Shown: positions 1 through 8,364, counted from the stretch's first letter. The stretch is 24,000 nucleotides of DNA from Acidimicrobiales bacterium (GCA_022425805.1 JAKMEQ010000014.1:17786-41785); one strand, 5' to 3'. Notes: generated by a model not told the origin, from the letters alone. Numbers and translations are program-made.

Positions 1-783
1 ACTATCTTCTAAAAGAGGCACATTATCGACATCAATCATTATGTCGACAGATGATTCTTTCGCCATGCGCCCTAAGTGTCCCAATAGTCCAAATCCAGTC
101 ACATCGGTCGCCCCGGTCGCTCCTGAATCCAGAGCTACTTGCGCTGCTACATCGTTTAATTGGATCATCGACGCAACCGCTTGGGCAATAGTTTCTGTCC
201 CCACAGCATCTCGTTTGATTGCTGTAGTGATAACGCCTATACCTAGCGGCTTTGTCAAAACAAGTTCCTGGCTTGGGAGTAAGCCGGTATTTGTGAGTAT
301 CTCATTTGGATTCACGATGCCAGTAACACTCATCCCATACTTCGGTTCAGGGTCGGAAATTGTATGTCCGCCAACAACGCTTATCCCTGCAGCTGTAGCG
401 ATGTCTATCCCCCCGCTAAGTACTTCGACGAGTAGCTCTCTAGGTAATTCGTCACTGTTCCAAGCGACAAGATTTAGAGCGAAAAGAGGTTTCCCACCCA
501 TTGCGTAAATATCGGAAAGGCTATTCGCCGCTGCAATTTGCCCCCACGTGCGCGCATCGTCAACAACCGGTGTGATGAAATCAGCAGTCGAAACTATTGC
601 CTGCTCGTCGCTTAACTTCCATACGGCTGCATCATCGCCGCTTTCGAGACCGATGAGGAGTTCGGAGTGTTCTAGGTTGTGCAAAGAGCCCACAACGTGG
701 GCCAAGTCATTCGGGTCGAGTTTACAGCCTCAACCAGCTCCATGACTGAATTGTGTCAGACGAAGTCTGTTTGGTTCACTCAT
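1..783 (-). CDS. selD: Selenide, water dikinase (selenophosphate synthetase) SelD. First 261 codons only; the gene runs off the window start. In-frame TGA at codon 18 (730..732) is read as selenocysteine.
   Basis: My own reverse-strand translation from ATG 783..781 gives MSEPNRLRLTQFSHGAG-TGA-GCKLDPNDL...GDDAAVWKL...STADFITPVVDD...IAAANSLSDIYAMGGKP...GGHTISDPEPKYGMSVTGIV...LTKPLGIGVITTA...ATDVTGFGLLGHL, open down to position 1. It matches the E. coli SelD N-terminus ([21 protein letters not shown]...) and later motifs. An RBS (AGGAGAGG) lies just upstream of the ATG. It is absent from the ORF track because of the TGA and because it runs off the edge. Confidence 0.9.
688..702 (-). promoter_or_regulatory. 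Candidate bacterial SECIS apical hairpin downstream of the selD UGA
   Basis: The mRNA reads UGA-N27-GCCCAC-GUU-GUGGGC. This is a perfect 6-bp GC-rich stem with a G/U-containing apical loop that starts about 33 nt after the UGA. Confidence 0.4.
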
Positions 784-939
784 ACCTCTCCTTTCTCTAT
801 ATCCCAAGGCTAGTTGCCCGCTGACCCATGAGGGTGGCTACGACACTTTCATCGGTGAGTTTAGAGAAATAAGGCGTTGTATTCTTGAGATCTTTCACTT
901 GCGCGGTTGAGATGCAAAAGAAATCGGATATGACTAGAT

Positions 940-2298
940 ATGCCTTCGTTGAAACTCTTTACTATTCCACTTGGAATCTTCTGCGCGCTCGTGACTACTT
1001 TCCTTTTCTCTTGCGGAAGTGCTGAAACCCCACCTGAAGAGTCGTCTTCGATTTCTCCCACGGTTGAATCAGAAGAAACCCCTAAATCAGGACCAATACC
1101 ACAGGAGGTTCTTTTCTCGGTCCAAGTAGCGGAAGCTTTAATAGGTGAGCCTGTTAGTGGACGAAGCGAAACTTGTCTTTTTTCGGCTGCACAGAACAAT
1201 CAAGATTTCGCTGACGCTATAACAGCAGTTATTTCAAATCAGGAACTACTCTCTGGAAAGCAATTCACTGACTTGGTCACTGGAGTTCGCGACTGCGTCA
1301 GTCTTGAACTGATGAATGAAGCGATCGCTATCGGGTTATCACTCGGAGTCGGAAACGAAAACCTTTTCCAATGTTTAATGGCACAGACCATATCCGCTGA
1401 GAGCGATGACGCGTTTGTCGGCTTGGCGGCCGTAACTGTCGGATATCCAATCCCCGCAGCGTTCGGTGACGCAACGGTCGATGTTCTCACAGCATGTGTC
1501 TCACATGAAATTCTTGCTAGCCAGTTATCTCTCCAGTATCTCCAAGCCGAATATTTCATGGTCGACGTAGATCAAGACTGCCTAGTGAATGAACTTGATG
1601 TCTCGGGTGTAGCGCTTTCGTTTTGGAAAGCAGCGTTCATCACTCAAGATAGTAGCCAACTAGCAGTCGTCGCCGCACTCGTTGAATCCTGTGCAGTAGC
1701 TTTGCATGAAGGCCTCTTAGAAGCCGTTCCAGAAGATTTTATAGCATGGGCCGGAGAGCGGACCCTTAGAGAAGTTGCGCCTCCTGCCAGAGTAAACACG
1801 TATTCATCCGCTCCACCCATGACGATTGAGACTGGAGCCACATACCTTGCGACGGTCACGACCGCTGATGGAGAGATGATATTTGAGCTATTTGCGGAAA
1901 CAGCACCGGTCACGGTGAATAATTTTATCAATCTGGTAAACGACGGATTCTATGACGGTTTGTTATTCCACCGAGTTTTGGAAGATTTCATGGCCCAAAG
2001 TGGTGACCCGACCGGTTTGGGAACCGGCGGTCCCGGATACCAATTCGCTGATGAAGTCGATAACGGGCCACCAATGGAGGCGAGAGGTCTATTGGCTATG
2101 GCAAATTCAGGACCTGGGACAAACGGAAGCCAGTTCTTTATTACATTTGCCCCTACTTCGCATCTCACTGGAAAACATACAGTATTTGGCCAGCTAATCG
2201 GAGGAGATGATGTTCTCAGCGCTATTGATCTTCGGGATCCGGAACAACCGACATCACGCGGGGAAGTAATCCTCACTATTCAAATCACTGAACAATAG
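940..2298 (+). CDS. Putative lipoprotein with a C-terminal cyclophilin-type peptidyl-prolyl cis-trans isomerase domain
   Basis: The N-terminus MPSLKLFTIPLGIFCALVTTFLFSCGS looks like a signal peptide with a lipobox-like LFSC. The C-terminal ~165 aa carries cyclophilin motifs (FHRVLEDFMAQSGDPTGLGTGGPGYQFADE, LLAMANSGPGTNGSQFFITF, HTVFGQ). Confidence 0.88.
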   Translation: MPSLKLFTIPLGIFCALVTTFLFSCGSAETPPEESSSISPTVESEETPKSGPIPQEVLFSVQVAEALIGEPVSGRSETCLFSAAQNNQDFADAITAVISNQELLSGKQFTDLVTGVRDCVSLELMNEAIAIGLSLGVGNENLFQCLMAQTISAESDDAFVGLAAVTVGYPIPAAFGDATVDVLTACVSHEILASQLSLQYLQAEYFMVDVDQDCLVNELDVSGVALSFWKAAFITQDSSQLAVVAALVESCAVALHEGLLEAVPEDFIAWAGERTLREVAPPARVNTYSSAPPMTIETGATYLATVTTADGEMIFELFAETAPVTVNNFINLVNDGFYDGLLFHRVLEDFMAQSGDPTGLGTGGPGYQFADEVDNGPPMEARGLLAMANSGPGTNGSQFFITFAPTSHLTGKHTVFGQLIGGDDVLSAIDLRDPEQPTSRGEVILTIQITEQ

Positions 2299-2320
2299 TT
2301 TTTCCTGTTAGTGTCAGAGT

Positions 2321-2428
2321 ATGTGGTTCAATCTATTAATACTTGCTGCCTTAGCGTTCTATATTTGGAATAGAAGACAAGGAAATATTCGGAAAAACGA
2401 AGAAGAAAATTAAAAGAGTTTTCCTAGT
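2321..2428 (+). CDS. Possible 35-aa small membrane protein (MWFNLLILAALAFYIWNRRQGNIRKNERRKLKEFS)
   Basis: I translated this by hand from the 209-nt convergent spacer. It has one hydrophobic helix followed by a basic tail. The RBS is weak and I recognise no homolog. Confidence 0.2.
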
Positions 2429-2506
2429 CCAGAAGAAGAGTAGCGTATTGTGGTCGTTATACGATGCGGGATTTACGGATGCTAATACACCGCTGAAGCC
2501 ATAGTA

Positions 2507-3673
2507 TTAATATGATTTTGGCAAACCCAGAGTTTTGCTAGAGATGAAATTAAGGACCATTTCTTGTGAAACTGGGGCTATCTTCATCAACCGTGCTTCC
2601 CGCCAATAACGTTCAACATGGTATTCGCTTGCGTAGCCAAACCCTCCGTGGGTTTGCATCGCCCTGTCTGCAGCAAAAAATCCTGCATTTGCAGCTAAAA
2701 ACTTTGCCGTGTTCGCTGCTTCGGCACAATTCATACCATTGTCATATTGCCATGAGGCTTTCCTGATCATAAGTTCTGCAGCATGGAGTTTCATGTGAGC
2801 TTCTGCGAGTGGGAATGCGATTCCCTGATTTTGGCCGATAGGTCGGTCGAAGACGATGCGATTATTGGCATAATCTACTGCTTTGTTCACTGATGCTTTC
2901 CCGATCCCCAGCGCTTCGGCAGCGATAAGTATCCGTTCTGGATTGAGTCCATCAAGAATGTAGCGGAACCCCTTTCCTTCTTCGCCGATTAATCGTGAAG
3001 CAGGGACCCGTAAGCCGTCGTAGCGCACCTCACAGGATACGACTGCATTGCGTCCAACCTTGGGGATCGGAGTAATATTTACAGCTGGATCATCTAAATC
3101 CACGAGGAAGAGTGAAATCCCTTCGGTGGGACTGGCTGCTTCATCAAAAGGGGTTGTACGGACGAGAAGAAGGCACACGTCACAGTATGGGGCTTTGCTT
3201 GTCCATATCTTCGCTCCGGTGATGATGTATTCATCTCCATCGCGGTCTGCCCGTGTTCGAATTTTGGTGGTATCGGTTCCTGCATCCGGTTCAGTTACAC
3301 CGAATGCGACGTGAAGTTCTCCCGAAGCCACCCGAGGTAACATCTCTGCGACTAGTTCAGGGGATCCGTATTTACGGACAGGTTCCATACCAAAAATTGA
3401 GAGATGTATAGCAGAGCAACCGTTCATAGCAGCTCCAGAAGAGGCTATTTCTTCAAGAACGATTGATGCTTCGGTAATTCCGCGTCCCCCGCCACCAAAT
3501 TGTTCCGGAATAGCAATACCGATCCATCCTCCCTTCGCTACCTTATTATAAAAGTCCCATGGGAACTCGTGAGCGCTGTCGCACTCGGCCCAGTATTCGT
3601 CGGGAAAATCGGAACATATACGTCTGATCCCATCGCGTATCGACTCGTGATCACGTTCAGGTGCAAAATCCAT
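2507..3673 (-). CDS. Acyl-CoA dehydrogenase family protein
   Basis: 388 aa with typical ACAD layout and motifs (GVTEPDAGTDTT, ITGAKIWTS, QTHGGFGYASEYHVERYWREARL). Confidence 0.92.
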   Translation of the reverse strand: MDFAPERDHESIRDGIRRICSDFPDEYWAECDSAHEFPWDFYNKVAKGGWIGIAIPEQFGGGGRGITEASIVLEEIASSGAAMNGCSAIHLSIFGMEPVRKYGSPELVAEMLPRVASGELHVAFGVTEPDAGTDTTKIRTRADRDGDEYIITGAKIWTSKAPYCDVCLLLVRTTPFDEAASPTEGISLFLVDLDDPAVNITPIPKVGRNAVVSCEVRYDGLRVPASRLIGEEGKGFRYILDGLNPERILIAAEALGIGKASVNKAVDYANNRIVFDRPIGQNQGIAFPLAEAHMKLHAAELMIRKASWQYDNGMNCAEAANTAKFLAANAGFFAADRAMQTHGGFGYASEYHVERYWREARLMKIAPVSQEMVLNFISSKTLGLPKSY

Positions 3674-3794
3674 GGCAAGTTATTTCTTCTCAGTAAGAGC
3701 GTTTTTAGTTGTTCCCGCATCTTAGTTGCTTGATTGTGTGCATCTTTATTTGCATGATTTAGTTTTTCTTCTATCAGTGGGTTAATGTGCCGAA

Positions 3795-6161
3795 ATGGCT
3801 GGTTCAATTTTGGGTAATAGAGTTCTTCGTTCTGAAGATCCGCAGTTCCTCACCGAAGGCGGAAAATACGTCTACGACTTAGATTTAGGAGAAACTGCTC
3901 ATGCATATTTTGTTCGTTCAACGGTTGCCCACGCAACAATATGCAGTATCGATGCTGATTTAGCGAAAACCGTTCCGGGTGTCCTGGGGGTCTTCACCGC
4001 AGAAGATTTTGAAATCGATGGTATCCATGGAGGATTCGCTCCAGTAGATGAAGTATTTGGACGAGCCCCAGTTGCATCGGAAACTGTCCGATTTGTCGGA
4101 GATCCAGTTGCCATAGTTGTCGCTGAAACATTTCAAACCGCAATGGATGCAGCTGAACTGGTCTATGTCGACTATGAACCACTACCGCCGATCGTTGACC
4201 CTGAAAAGGCACTAGATGCCGACGCGTTTCTCCTTTTCTCTGAGAAAGGTGACAACATTGCGATAGCAGATATAGGCCCAGCTGAAGATGTCCTCTCAGA
4301 TGCTGATCATATTGTTAGAGGAAGGTATGTCAATCAAAGAGTTGCCGGCGTTCCGTTAGAACCTAATTCTGCTGCTGCTACAACAGATCAAGATGGGAAA
4401 ACAGTGTTCTACTGTGCAACCCAAATGCCGCATGCTTTAAAGTTTCAGCTTTCCCACGCTTTACAACGTGACCCTGAAAGTATTCGGGTCATAGCGCCGG
4501 ATGTGGGCGGAGGTTTTGGAGCTAAAGCAGGTCTATACGTTGAATACCCTGCAATTATCCTTGTTGCTGAGAAGGTTGGCAGGGCAGTCACGTGGACAGA
4601 GACACGAAGCGAAGACCTTCTTGCCTTGGCTCACTCACGTGCACAAATCCAATACTGTGAAGTCGGTTTCACTAATGAAGGAAAAGTAACCGGTTTAAGA
4701 GTCCGTATGGTAGGCGATGCTGGAGCGTACCCCGGTATAGGAGCTTTTCTCCCCGGAGGCACAAAGCAAATGTCAAACGGACCTTACAACTTCCCCAAAA
4801 TCCGGTTTGACTATGTGGTAGCAGTTACCAATACCACTCCAACCGGAGCCTACCGAGGAGCGGGACGACCAGAAGCGACCGCACTTCTTGAACGAGCTAT
4901 GGGACAAGCATCTTTCGAGCTTGGTATCGACCCATTGGAACTTCGCCGTCGGAACTTTATCAACGATGACCAGTTTCCTTTTACAACGTTAACTGGAGTC
5001 AATTATGACAGTGGACAATACCTTCTCCCTTTGGAGAAAGCAGCGGAAATTATTGGGTACGAACAATTACGTTCTGAACAAGAGATACGAAGAAGTTCCG
5101 GTGACACGATCGCTCTCGGCATTGGAGTAGCTTCCTATGTGGAAGTTACTAGTGGGTCCGGAGGTTCAGAGTATGCTTCTGTTGAAGTCCACCCAGATGG
5201 AAGCGCCACAATGAAAGCGGGTACCTCCGCCCACGGGCAAGGACATCAGACAAGTTATGCCATGTTGGTATCTGAACAAACAGGTATACCTGTCGATAGT
5301 ATCCGTCTCATCCAATCCGATACTGACCTTGTTCGCTCAGGAGGAGGCACTGGAGGTTCACGTTCGCTTCAACTCGGTGGGTCGGCCGTGCTTAAAGCCA
5401 CAGAGGCGATGGTAGTCAAAGCGCGTAAACTAGCGGCACATCTCCTTGAAGCTTCGGTTGATGACATTGTTGTCAATAACGAAAATGCAACCGTCGGAGT
5501 TGCTGGCGTGCCTGTGAAAGCATTGTCTTGGGGGGAGCTTGCGATTGCGGCAACTTCTGATCTTCCCGAAGAGATATTGGATAGAAGCGATGAGATGGAA
5601 GGGTTAGGAGCCCAGTTGGACTTTAGCCAAGAGGGAGGGACTTTCCCGTTCGGTACGCATATCGCCCTTGTCGAAGTTGACCTTGAAACCGGAGAAGTGA
5701 AACTTCTCCGCCATGTAGCTGTTGATGATGCCGGGACTATCATTAACCCCTTGATTTTTGAAGGCCAACAGCAGGGAGGAATGGCTCAAGGTATTTCTCA
5801 GGCTCTTTTTGAAGAAGTGCTTTATGACAGTGATGGGAATCCCCTTACAGGAAACCTTATGGATTATGCGTTCCCCTCCGCCGCCGAAATGATAACTTTC
5901 GAAGCCCACCACACTGAAACGCCTACGCCTTTGAACCCTCTAGGGGCAAAAGGAATCGGGGAAGCCTCTACGATTGGTTCAACCCCAGCAGTCCAAAATG
6001 CTGTTATCGATGCACTGGCACACCTTGGGATACGTCACATCGATATGCCATGCACATCAGAGCGTGTTTGGAAAGAAATAGAGAAAGCACAAAAAGAAAA
6101 TGTTTCTGATCCATGGAAAGAACCTCCCGCTATCTTTGAACGATTAGCCATTCAAGATTAA
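3795..6161 (+). CDS. Xanthine dehydrogenase/aldehyde oxidase family molybdopterin-binding large subunit, form-II CoxL-like
   Basis: 788 aa. It has GGGFGAK, the active-site loop TGAYRGAGRPEA (AYRGAGR is the form-II type, not the form-I AYxCSFR) and GAKGIGEAS near the C-terminus. Confidence 0.9.
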   Translation: MAGSILGNRVLRSEDPQFLTEGGKYVYDLDLGETAHAYFVRSTVAHATICSIDADLAKTVPGVLGVFTAEDFEIDGIHGGFAPVDEVFGRAPVASETVRFVGDPVAIVVAETFQTAMDAAELVYVDYEPLPPIVDPEKALDADAFLLFSEKGDNIAIADIGPAEDVLSDADHIVRGRYVNQRVAGVPLEPNSAAATTDQDGKTVFYCATQMPHALKFQLSHALQRDPESIRVIAPDVGGGFGAKAGLYVEYPAIILVAEKVGRAVTWTETRSEDLLALAHSRAQIQYCEVGFTNEGKVTGLRVRMVGDAGAYPGIGAFLPGGTKQMSNGPYNFPKIRFDYVVAVTNTTPTGAYRGAGRPEATALLERAMGQASFELGIDPLELRRRNFINDDQFPFTTLTGVNYDSGQYLLPLEKAAEIIGYEQLRSEQEIRRSSGDTIALGIGVASYVEVTSGSGGSEYASVEVHPDGSATMKAGTSAHGQGHQTSYAMLVSEQTGIPVDSIRLIQSDTDLVRSGGGTGGSRSLQLGGSAVLKATEAMVVKARKLAAHLLEASVDDIVVNNENATVGVAGVPVKALSWGELAIAATSDLPEEILDRSDEMEGLGAQLDFSQEGGTFPFGTHIALVEVDLETGEVKLLRHVAVDDAGTIINPLIFEGQQQGGMAQGISQALFEEVLYDSDGNPLTGNLMDYAFPSAAEMITFEAHHTETPTPLNPLGAKGIGEASTIGSTPAVQNAVIDALAHLGIRHIDMPCTSERVWKEIEKAQKENVSDPWKEPPAIFERLAIQD

Positions 6162-7408
6162 ATTACTGGTTCGTTCTTTGAAGGTTCAGCACGATATATA
6201 AATAAAGTTGTTAAGCAGGTAAATATCAGTGTTCCAAGTACAAAAGGGGTAAGAGAAATTTGTACTTGCGAACCAACTACACCACCTAGAAGAGCTCCGA
6301 ATCCCATACGCGAAGCACTTGTTAAGGCTGAAGCACTTCCAGCGATATCTCCTACAGGTTGAAGAGCCGCAGTGTTTAAGTTCGGCATAATAAACATGAA
6401 ATTAGATAGAACTATTGCAAGCATGGGAATAAAAATCCAAAAATTTGGGACTCCATTGCCTAATAAAGTAATAACTAGAAGTATTGAAGAACCCAAAATA
6501 AGAAATAGTGAAGCAGAACGTAAGACTGTTCTAATGCCGTACCGGATGACAATTTGACCATTGAGGAGAGCTCCAAATGCAAAAGATGATGCGACGCATC
6601 CAAAAATTACCGAAAATTGGTCCCCTCGATCTAAAATGTCACCGATCATTAGTTCGCAACATGTTAAGTACATAACAAAAACTGCTTGCAAAAAAATAGA
6701 AGCAAGTGTGTAAGAGAAACAAATTCGATTTTTAATGACACGAGAATAGCTACTTCGAGTGGTTCGCCAATCGAAACTTTTCGTATCTTCTATCTTCAAC
6801 GTTTCTTGAAGCCGTAAACTCCAGAGAAAAATTACTATTGCCCAGATTAAACAAAACCAGAAAATACTTTGCCACGGTAAAAAACTCATTAAACCAGCAC
6901 CAAGTGAAGGGGCAATAACAGGAACTAAAACAAAAACAGCCATAACTTCTGACATCGCTTTCGCCATGATATTGCCTTCAAAACGGTCACGAATTACTGC
7001 TGTTGCTACAACACGTGCACCTGCTGCTCCAACCCCCCAAATTACACGAAATAGTAATAACACATTCATACTTGTCGCCAAGGCAGAACCTGCTGCGCCT
7101 ATCATGTAAATAAAAATTCCTATGTATAGGATTTTTTTTCGCCCAAATCGGTCAGCGAGAGGCCCGAATATTAGTTGAGAAAAAGCAATTCCGATGAAAT
7201 AAAAGGTAATGAGCTTTCCAGGTTCAGTTGATCCTTCTCTTAGACCAAATGCTTCTCGAACATCATCAAAAGCAGGCAAAATGATGTCAATGCCTAATGC
7301 CATTAAAGCCATAACAGCAGAAACGAGAGTCAAAAGTTCTCTTCTACTAAGACCACCTTTAGGCGGTTTCAGAGTCGCTAAAAAAGGCCGGTCACTTATA
7401 TTGTTCAC
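6158..7408 (-). CDS. MFS transporter, Bcr/CflA-like drug/H+ antiporter family
   Basis: 416 aa and multi-pass hydrophobic, with the MFS loop motif GPLADRFGRKK. Its N-terminus (LGIDIILPAF) is typical of the Bcr/CflA subfamily. Confidence 0.85.
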   Translation of the reverse strand: MNNISDRPFLATLKPPKGGLSRRELLTLVSAVMALMALGIDIILPAFDDVREAFGLREGSTEPGKLITFYFIGIAFSQLIFGPLADRFGRKKILYIGIFIYMIGAAGSALATSMNVLLLFRVIWGVGAAGARVVATAVIRDRFEGNIMAKAMSEVMAVFVLVPVIAPSLGAGLMSFLPWQSIFWFCLIWAIVIFLWSLRLQETLKIEDTKSFDWRTTRSSYSRVIKNRICFSYTLASIFLQAVFVMYLTCCELMIGDILDRGDQFSVIFGCVASSFAFGALLNGQIVIRYGIRTVLRSASLFLILGSSILLVITLLGNGVPNFWIFIPMLAIVLSNFMFIMPNLNTAALQPVGDIAGSASALTSASRMGFGALLGGVVGSQVQISLTPFVLGTLIFTCLTTLFIYRAEPSKNEPVI

Positions 7409-7488
7409 TTCGGAACTCTACAGGGATCTTTATAGGATGGTGTTAATTAGAAGAGATAACGACTGTGGGTTGATTACCATTTTGACTT

Positions 7489-7929
7489 CTACCGCCCGAC
7501 CACTTTTTGATTTCCCTCGATCCAGTCGACAACTATTTCTCTTTGAGAGATACGCCATCCGGCATCAGTTCTGATCAGCTCATCGAGATAGCGGCCGGCC
7601 AAAATATAGTTATCTCCGCCCTCAGTTCCATTCAGGGTGTGCTGGGCTTGAAGGTAGCAGCTACAGATAGCCTTGTTTCCATTGACTTGGACCTGATGGT
7701 TCGAGATTAAGTGTTGTGAGGAAGATAATCTTCCTAACGTCCCATCTACTTTGTTAATGATTTCATCAACGCCCTTTAACCGCCTGACATCTATGACGAA
7801 CACAGCATCGTCGGTAAAGATCTCTCGAAGTTGTTCGCGGGGACCTCGATCAATTATCCAGGTGTACCCGATAGTCAGATCAATGATTTCCTGTCGGTCT
7901 GTTATCTGTTTCAGTAAGGATTGGTCCAT
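7489..7929 (-). CDS. SnoaL-like / NTF2-fold protein
   Basis: 146 aa with the pattern typical of SnoaL_4-type proteins (ITDRQEIIDL...Y...D......L.E.FT.DAV......G.......SQH...N..V.V.G..A.......Q.......Y.DE..R...GWRI..R). It is the last gene of the tight operon. Confidence 0.7.
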   Translation of the reverse strand: MDQSLLKQITDRQEIIDLTIGYTWIIDRGPREQLREIFTDDAVFVIDVRRLKGVDEIINKVDGTLGRLSSSQHLISNHQVQVNGNKAICSCYLQAQHTLNGTEGGDNYILAGRYLDELIRTDAGWRISQREIVVDWIEGNQKVVGR

Positions 7930-7944
7930 TTTGAGCCTTTTTGT

Positions 7945-8364
7945 TTAATTGTCACTAAGAGCGACTTGTGCTTTCCCAATAGCGATCGTTCGATCGGTCT
8001 CATCGATTTGACTTAGGTCTAGATCAGCGTGTTTCTCACCATTGATAACGTTGATTCCGGTGACACAAGCTAATCCCGTCAAAGTTTGACCTTTAAAAAA
8101 CGGCCCTTTGAGTTTTGCCGTGACTGAAATGATACGACCACCTTCACCCAGCCAATCGCGTAACATGGCATGAAAGAAGGCAAGTTGTAGTGGAGCCATA
8201 CAAAATGGGGCAGGAAAGCCCTCCGCTTTAGCTATATCGGGATCCCAGTGGTGTGCCGCAAACTCATTATTCACCGCAGCGAACCGATTCCAGTGTTCCA
8301 CGGTACCGTCGCGGACAAACAAGGGAAGCTTATCTCCGACCGAAACCTTGATAGTTGTACCCAT
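7945..8364 (-). CDS. MaoC-like (R)-specific enoyl-CoA hydratase hot-dog protein (HadB/ChsH-like half)
   Basis: The track ORF starts at GTG 8379. An ATG at 8364 is preceded by GGAAGGAG-N6, so I prefer it. There is a divergent hydratase motif, FAAVNNEFAAHHWDPDIAKAEGF. Confidence 0.75.
   Translation of the reverse strand: MGTTIKVSVGDKLPLFVRDGTVEHWNRFAAVNNEFAAHHWDPDIAKAEGFPAPFCMAPLQLAFFHAMLRDWLGEGGRIISVTAKLKGPFFKGQTLTGLACVTGINVINGEKHADLDLSQIDETDRTIAIGKAQVALSDN

Noticed and set aside
41-745. Plus-strand track ORFs 41..508 (155 aa) and 548..745 (65 aa)
   Set aside because: They are antisense to a clearly recognisable selD reading frame. Their products are low-complexity (Ser/Thr/Ala/Pro-rich) with no motifs.
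861-1199. Minus-strand 112-aa ORF overlapping the start of the cyclophilin lipoprotein gene
   Set aside because: It overlaps a well-supported gene on the opposite strand. It has no RBS and no motifs, and its composition is typical of an antisense frame.
3795-6161. Calling the molybdopterin protein a carbon monoxide dehydrogenase (coxL)
   Set aside because: The active-site loop is AYRGAGR, not the AYxCSFR loop of form-I CODH, and there are no coxM/coxS neighbours. Only a family-level call is justified.
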